DNA of 37,729 nucleotides from Atractiella rhizophila (Eukaryota): NCBI GenBank assembly GCA_021432655.1, contig MU271581.1, positions 4,250 to 41,978 of the forward strand, read 5' to 3'. Shown piece by piece: positions 32,211 to 37,729 of this stretch (position 1 is its first letter; each line of letters starts with the position of its first letter). The notes under the pieces were generated by a model. It saw only the letters and a program-made list of their open reading frames with translations, ran no database searches and was not told where the DNA came from. The position numbers and the translations under genes were made by a program.

Positions 32211-32730
32211 TCGTTATCCGCTTCTCACCTCCCCCGCCGTTTGTATGTACAATGTAATGTCCCTCGTCTACTAATACTCCTTACATCTCACGCTGGCGGT
32301 GTCTTCTGTCACGATCCTATTGAGTCGTCAAGTCTTTTGATGCCCCTCCTCCCACATCTTAAATTGGGGGAAAGGTTGGCTTTACATGTTGGCTCCTACT
32401 AATTAACTCTCAAAACCCGATACCTGCCTTCGCACAAAGACAGTCGCGCTGAACAGAAACCAGTTATTCACAAGCATAAATACTGTTGTACAAATTACAA
32501 CCACAAACATAGACTGAAAGACTAAACAAAATGGCGTTTGACAGAAACGCAAATCAAGTCGATCAAAGCTGAAGCGCCCATGATCTAAATTTGCAACTTG
32601 AATGAATGGACTGAAACAAGGACGGAAGGGGGTGATTCTAATACTTTTGAGGCGTCGCAGACCCAAAGATTAGGTGAATGTCCTATGTACAGTTGGGCTA
32701 AAGAGAAGAGAGGGTTAAGGATTGACGTGT

Positions 32731-34849
32731 TTATGAGACCCAGAAAGCAAGTGCGATGATGACGTAGAGAGAGATGAGCATGACACCTTCCATCTATCAG
32801 ATGGTCCACGAACATCAGTATAGTGCGGCGTCAGTGAAGAAGAGAGGACGAACGTAGTTGCTCTTCCCATCCTGAACCAACAGGTTGACGAGAATGACGG
32901 AGATGAAGAGACAGATTGTTTCAAAGTTTTCGAAATAGAGCTAACCACGCCAAAGCAGCATGAATATCCATTTGGAAAACTCGCAAGAAGCGAAAGAACG
33001 AATGAAAAACGCACAGTAAGATCTTTTCCGATTACCCATCCGACAAGGACGAGGAATGGAATGACTCCCACGGCAATCTGAATCGAACTCCCGACAGAAA
33101 CTCCAATCGTGATCTCCATCTTGTCCTTCATTGCCATCCAGACCGATGTAAGGTGCTCTGCGGCCTGTTGTCAGCCATATTAGCTGGGTTTGGTTTGCCC
33201 GGGGAAAAGAAATAGACGAACGTTACCAACGATGGGGATGAGGATTATCCCGATGAAGGCTTTAGGGATCCCATGGCTGTTCGCGAACTCGTCGATGGAA
33301 TCAACAACTGTGCGCCAATTCATGAGCACATATTCTCAACATAGCAAAGGAAGCGAAAGTGGGACATACGATAATCAGCACAAAAGCTAGTGAGGACAGT
33401 GACGACGACCAGGGACACGATACTCATGACCGGGTTCATCTTTGCCTCCTCTTCCTCCTCTTCAATCTCCTCTCCATCCTCATCCTTCTTCTTCTGCGCC
33501 TCAAACAAGTACGCATGGGTCTTCAACTGGAACCAAAGGTACACAATGTATATGATCAGGAGGATGATCGCCGTTCCCCTCGAGATCGCCAGCAGTCCCT
33601 GACGCGTGACAGGGTCTTCGATCGCGATTTCGTCCTTTCCTGGATCACCCAACGTCCCGAGGGATTGAAGGACCAAAGCGGTAGTGTGGACCGGCTCTGT
33701 CTTATTCGTTCCCAAGCGCAGATACTCGTTCAGTCTCTTCTCAAGAGAACTCGAATGGTAAGCGGCGGGGATGATGAGCGTGATGCAGGCGAGCGTCATC
33801 AGTGAACTCGACGCTTGGGCGGCTGTCACTTGAAAGTTGGACTCGGGCAGGTAGAACCCGGCGGCGAAGAAGGAACATCCGAGGACGAGGAGGAGGTTGG
33901 AGAGGATGGAGCCGAGCATGGACGTTTGGACGATGCGGAGCTCTCCTTTGACGAGGGCGAGGATGCCCACGATCGCTTCGACAGCATTACCTGTGTTAGA
34001 CATACTCTCAATTTCTAACTCCACATGTAGGTAGAGAGAGGACGCACCGAACGTAGCGTTTAATAACCCTCCTAAAGTCTGACCGAGTTTCAATGCGACC
34101 TGTTCAGTGGCCTCTCCTAGTAGTCCAGCGAGAGGAACGATGGCGCAGAAGGAGATTAGGAAGTCGGCGGTGCTTCCCCACCTTGCGAAATGAGAAACGA
34201 AAGAGAGGGGAACGAAGACGAGGAGGACGTTGAAATAGGAGCCAAATAGGAGGGCCTTGATGGATTCGAGGTTTGTTGGGGTGTGGTGGGGTGAGGAAGA
34301 GTGCACGAAGGGCAGAGTCGGGGATTTGGAGGCCTGTGCAGATGACGAGATAAGTTAGTGAATAGCACGGAGGGAGTACCTCTCAGAGCAGAACATGATA
34401 TCACAGGCTCGAGCGCAGCCATCCCCACAACTCACATCCACAGTTCCTCTTCTGCTCGCCCTCGCATCCCCATTCCCATCTGTCAATCTCCTTCGATAGC
34501 TTCTTTGTATGAGCCAATTCTTCCCACTAGGGAGGTGAAAGACTTTCATATCGTTGCCACTTCAATGGTGCAGCAATGGTGGTCGTTTTATGCAAGCTAC
34601 GTAACGGGAGCACATTGGCACCCAGGACGTGAACTGCAAGAGGAAGCGATGGGCGGCGATGGTGCTCAGGGCCTTCGGTGTATTCGCCGAGAGAATGCAT
34701 GTTGGAACTCACCTTGCCCTTCCTGCTCCTAATCCCATTACTGCCTCCACTCCCATTGGGCAACAAAGGCTGTCTCTCGTCGTCCGCTGTCCACGCGCAA
34801 CGTCACCCCCTCTTCTCTCACGCAAGCAAGAAGAAGACTACGTACACAT
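32731..34849 (-). CDS. VCX1: Vacuolar Ca2+/H+ antiporter (CAX/VCX1-like)
   Basis: AIVPLAGLLGEATEQ, LGGLLNATFGNAVEAIVG, VQTSMLGSILSNLLLVLG, LWFQLKTH, acidic central loop, PIVGNAAEH, GSSIQIAV. Predicted start ATG-T|GTACGT giving MSDDERQPLLP; stop TAA at 32733-32731. The 5' exon structure is less certain than the family call. Confidence 0.9.
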
Positions 34850-36113
34850 GTTGAGGATGTTGTGATCAAAGTTTTTGCGTTTTGTTTGTTATGGACGCGG
34901 TCTCTCGTTTTATCGCCCCAAACAAGTTGGACGACTCGCGGCGCTGCAAAACCGGTTCCGGATTAGAGTGCCTGGATTGATATCGAATGCGCTTCTTGGC
35001 GAGATTGGCGGACGATTGGGGCAGCTCGAACGTGAAAGATGGCACTTTAAGAGCGAAAATGCAAGTAATTGCGACGCAAGACTGTGGCCGAGTATGAGAT
35101 AAATGAGCTGGTTGGTTGAAGAGCCAGAGCTTATTACGTCATTGGTGGTCTAGTATTGCCGTAGTCATTCACAAGCTTTCACATTCCTCCAATGCATGCT
35201 TTCGTTTCTGACTGACCAGTGTCGTTGCAGCGTCGTCGTTTCCTCGTCATTGCATGCATGGGTGTGATAAAATATGTGTTAACACCGCAACAACAAAGTT
35301 TCCAATTATACCTTGCGAATGCGCCAATTGGCCAGTTATCCGGCAAATTGTCAATTTGCAGACGACTCGACGTGAGGATATCTTCCAAGTCCAGAAGAGG
35401 TGAAGGGGAGATACAAAGTTGACGAGACATGGATAGGAAAGGAAGCAAGGAAACTGAAGTTAGTTTCGAGACGTTTAGGCGAACATGTGGATCCTCAGGA
35501 GTTCACCTGTGTTATGTACTATTCATCCATTATTGTGGACTTGTCGTGGCCGTCGATACATCCAGGAACATGGTCTGAGCCATGGCTCACGTCGACTAAT
35601 AAGGGCATCCGTCGATCAGTCAAGAGTGAGTTACTTGACCAGCGGAAAGAAACATGATGGACCTCACCCAGACTTGTTGGCATCGTATACGTCCAACTAA
35701 CAAGCGGTCAAGCTGGTTACCTAGGTCAAAAGACTCGGTACGCATCAAAAGGACGCGAGAACCTATCGGTGCAAGCATATAAACGTTGATAACAGACAAT
35801 GTCTGAGCCTTCGAATGGCCAGTCCCCAACGAGCAAAGACTGTTATCGCCCAAGCCTTGTACAACATCACATATGATAGACTGAAATGTACAGGCAGAAA
35901 GTGATACTCAGCTTGTTGGATTCATTGCCTGACTGTCCTTACATGCCGACTGAATGTCGTTTTGACATTGGGGTTGGGGACCCTCTACAAGGAATCCTCT
36001 CCGACTAACCCTCTCTGAACCTATCAAAACCGTACCGTGCAAGCTCCTTGCCTTTCACCATTCTTCCCTTGCCAGCAATTCTGATCATTCCCTTCGCTTC
36101 TCCATATTACTCT

Positions 36114-36150
36114 CACTACAAAATCTATTACACTACAAAATCTATTACAC
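36114..36150. repeat. Perfect tandem duplication of 17 bp (CACTACAAAATCTATTA x2 + CAC)
   Basis: Directly visible at 36114-36130 and 36131-36147. Confidence 0.9.
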
Positions 36151-36538
36151 AGTATTGCATTTAATCAAGTAGTCGGAGTCTACAATCCGACACCCCGGAT
36201 CCGGATTCAGCACCTCTAAAGAGGAACAACGACGAAGGTCCTTATCCAATCCTGATGCTCCGAGGGACACTGTAATAGTTGTTATGTGAATAGGTTTTAT
36301 TTGGGGTAGCAAAAGGAGGGTACGAGGTTTGAGACAGAAATAGCGATCAAAGTCGACATTTATAGACGCGACGAAGGTGTAAAAGACACTGCGGTCATTG
36401 CTGCTGGCTGCTGCTCAGCACCTCAAAAATCAGGATAAAAGAGTGCGTTCCCTTTATCCTCCTCTTTCACCTTTTTCTCAGCCAAATAGACACTCGCTTT
36501 GTTTCCTGCTTCGGTCAGTCGTTGATCCTTCTTATCTG

Positions 36539-37729
36539 ATGCGCGTAGAACGCACAAAAATGGGTCTTTTTCTCCCTCCAACCATCACCATCACTTCCCC
36601 AGACTTAAAATCCTCAAGTCTGCCTTCCCTTGTCGTGCGGCGTCCGCGCTCCCGCCTATTCTCCCTTCTCGCACTCTCCCTCCTTGTCTTCCTCTACACA
36701 CATACCTCCCTCATCCCACGCTTCACTACCGGTTCCTCCCCTTCAGCCGTCTCCGCCGTGCCTTCACCCATACCTTCTTCCTCTTCCTTATCGGATCATG
36801 ATCCATTGCCGCCATTCGAAGTGCCCGTTCCGCCGAAACAAAAGGATAGGAAAGTGGAGCTCACGCCACTTGGGGAGCGCGCCGAACGGTCTTATGCTCA
36901 CGTTGGGCCTGAAGGTTGGGAGGACTATGTGCATCAGCTGCTAGGGTTCGTGAGGGCGAACTTGCCTTCTGTAGAATCAGAAACACGGCGGTGGCTTTCT
37001 TATGGCACTTCCTCTCCACCGCAAGATGAAGGGAACATGCGCATCCCTCTCAGCTTGTGGCAAACTTCGAAATCTTATTCCAAGTCGCTCAAATTCGGGT
37101 CACTACATTTGGGAAGTTGGAGAAAGAAACACGGGGACGCTCTTAATCAGACCTTCTACAATGATGACGGCATCACCAAATCGTCCCTCGTCAACGCCTC
37201 TCCTCTCATCCGCGAAACAGTGACCAACCTCTCGTCCATCCATATTCAAATGTCGGATTTTTGGAGGTACCTCATCCTCGCACGGGAAGGAGGAATATAC
37301 AGTGATGCAGACACGAGGTGTTTGAAGGAGGCGTGGAAGTGGAGTTGGATCGGAGGGTCTCTGGAGGCGGATTTTGTGAGGGAACGTGAATCTCGATGGG
37401 CTCATTTCCTACGGATGTTGGGCCGTCCAGGCAGCGAAGCAAGCCCATGGGCTGTCGAAGAATCGTCTCGAGAGTCTGAAGAAGGTGCGGGAGAGAGGAA
37501 AGTTGTTTCGTTTGAGAAAGCAGGAAAGAAGGGATGGTGGCATCGGCTTTTTGGAGGTGACGAGGATGGAAAAAAGAAAGGAAAAGATGGGATGGGATGG
37601 GTAAAGGATCAACAGAGAGGGATTTGGTACGAAGAGCAATTTCAGGACGGCGTTGGATTGATCGTTGGGATCGAGGCGGACGTAGGGGACCGCACAGATT
37701 GGTATGATGTAAGTTTCCCTTCCCGTCGT
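36539..37729 (+). CDS. Och1-like alpha-1,6-mannosyltransferase (GT32), type II membrane protein, 3'-truncated by the window
   Basis: Open frame from ATG 36539 (or 36560) to a GTAAGT donor at 37709; missing from the ORF track because no stop is reached. TM segment LFSLLALSLLVFLY, IPLSLWQTSK, SDFWRYLILAREGGIYSDADT (DxD), LIVGIEADVGDRTDW. Confidence 0.9.
   Translation, partial: MRVERTKMGLFLPPTITITSPDLKSSSLPSLVVRRPRSRLFSLLALSLLVFLYTHTSLIPRFTTGSSPSAVSAVPSPIPSSSSLSDHDPLPPFEVPVPPKQKDRKVELTPLGERAERSYAHVGPEGWEDYVHQLLGFVRANLPSVESETRRWLSYGTSSPPQDEGNMRIPLSLWQTSKSYSKSLKFGSLHLGSWRKKHGDALNQTFYNDDGITKSSLVNASPLIRETVTNLSSIHIQMSDFWRYLILAREGGIYSDADTRCLKEAWKWSWIGGSLEADFVRERESRWAHFLRMLGRPGSEASPWAVEESSRESEEGAGERKVVSFEKAGKKGWWHRLFGGDEDGKKKGKDGMGWVKDQQRGIWYEEQFQDGVGLIVGIEADVGDRTDWYDVSFPSRR

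Noticed and set aside
36114..36150. CRISPR-like repeat
   Set aside because: Only two adjacent copies with no spacer, in a eukaryotic context without cas genes.

Overview
Gene-dense eukaryotic DNA with many short (about 45-70 nt) GT-AG and a few GC-AG introns. It looks like a basidiomycete fungus (inference from intron style and gene content). About 13 protein genes lie in this order: partial LRR/F-box-like gene (+); GH92 alpha-1,2-mannosidase (+); mitochondrial glutamyl-tRNA synthetase (-); a roughly 2,200-aa ZNFX1-like SF1 helicase/NFX1 zinc-finger protein fused to three CbbX/SpoVK-type AAA+ ATPases (-); MED6 (-) head-to-head with an RCC1-like gene (+); F-box protein (-); RPA1/RFA1 (+); NmrA-like (-); DHA1-type MFS transporter (+); DHX35-like DEAH helicase (+); VCX1-like Ca2+/H+ antiporter (-); partial Och1-like GT32 mannosyltransferase (+). 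Four things stand out. (1) The ZNFX1-helicase/triple-AAA+ fusion with a C-terminal Cys/Cys/His motif is a candidate fungal RNA-sensing defence machine. (2) In the GluRS locus the catalytic middle is absent and a diverged 775-bp copy of upstream exons sits in its place. (3) The splicing-fidelity helicase DHX35 has a 627-nt first intron with tandem competing 5' splice sites, one of which introduces a stop. (4) RPA1, GluRS and VCX1 also have unusually long introns. I recognised no tRNA, rRNA, CRISPR array or intact transposon. All gene models were spliced by hand and boundaries need RNA-seq confirmation.
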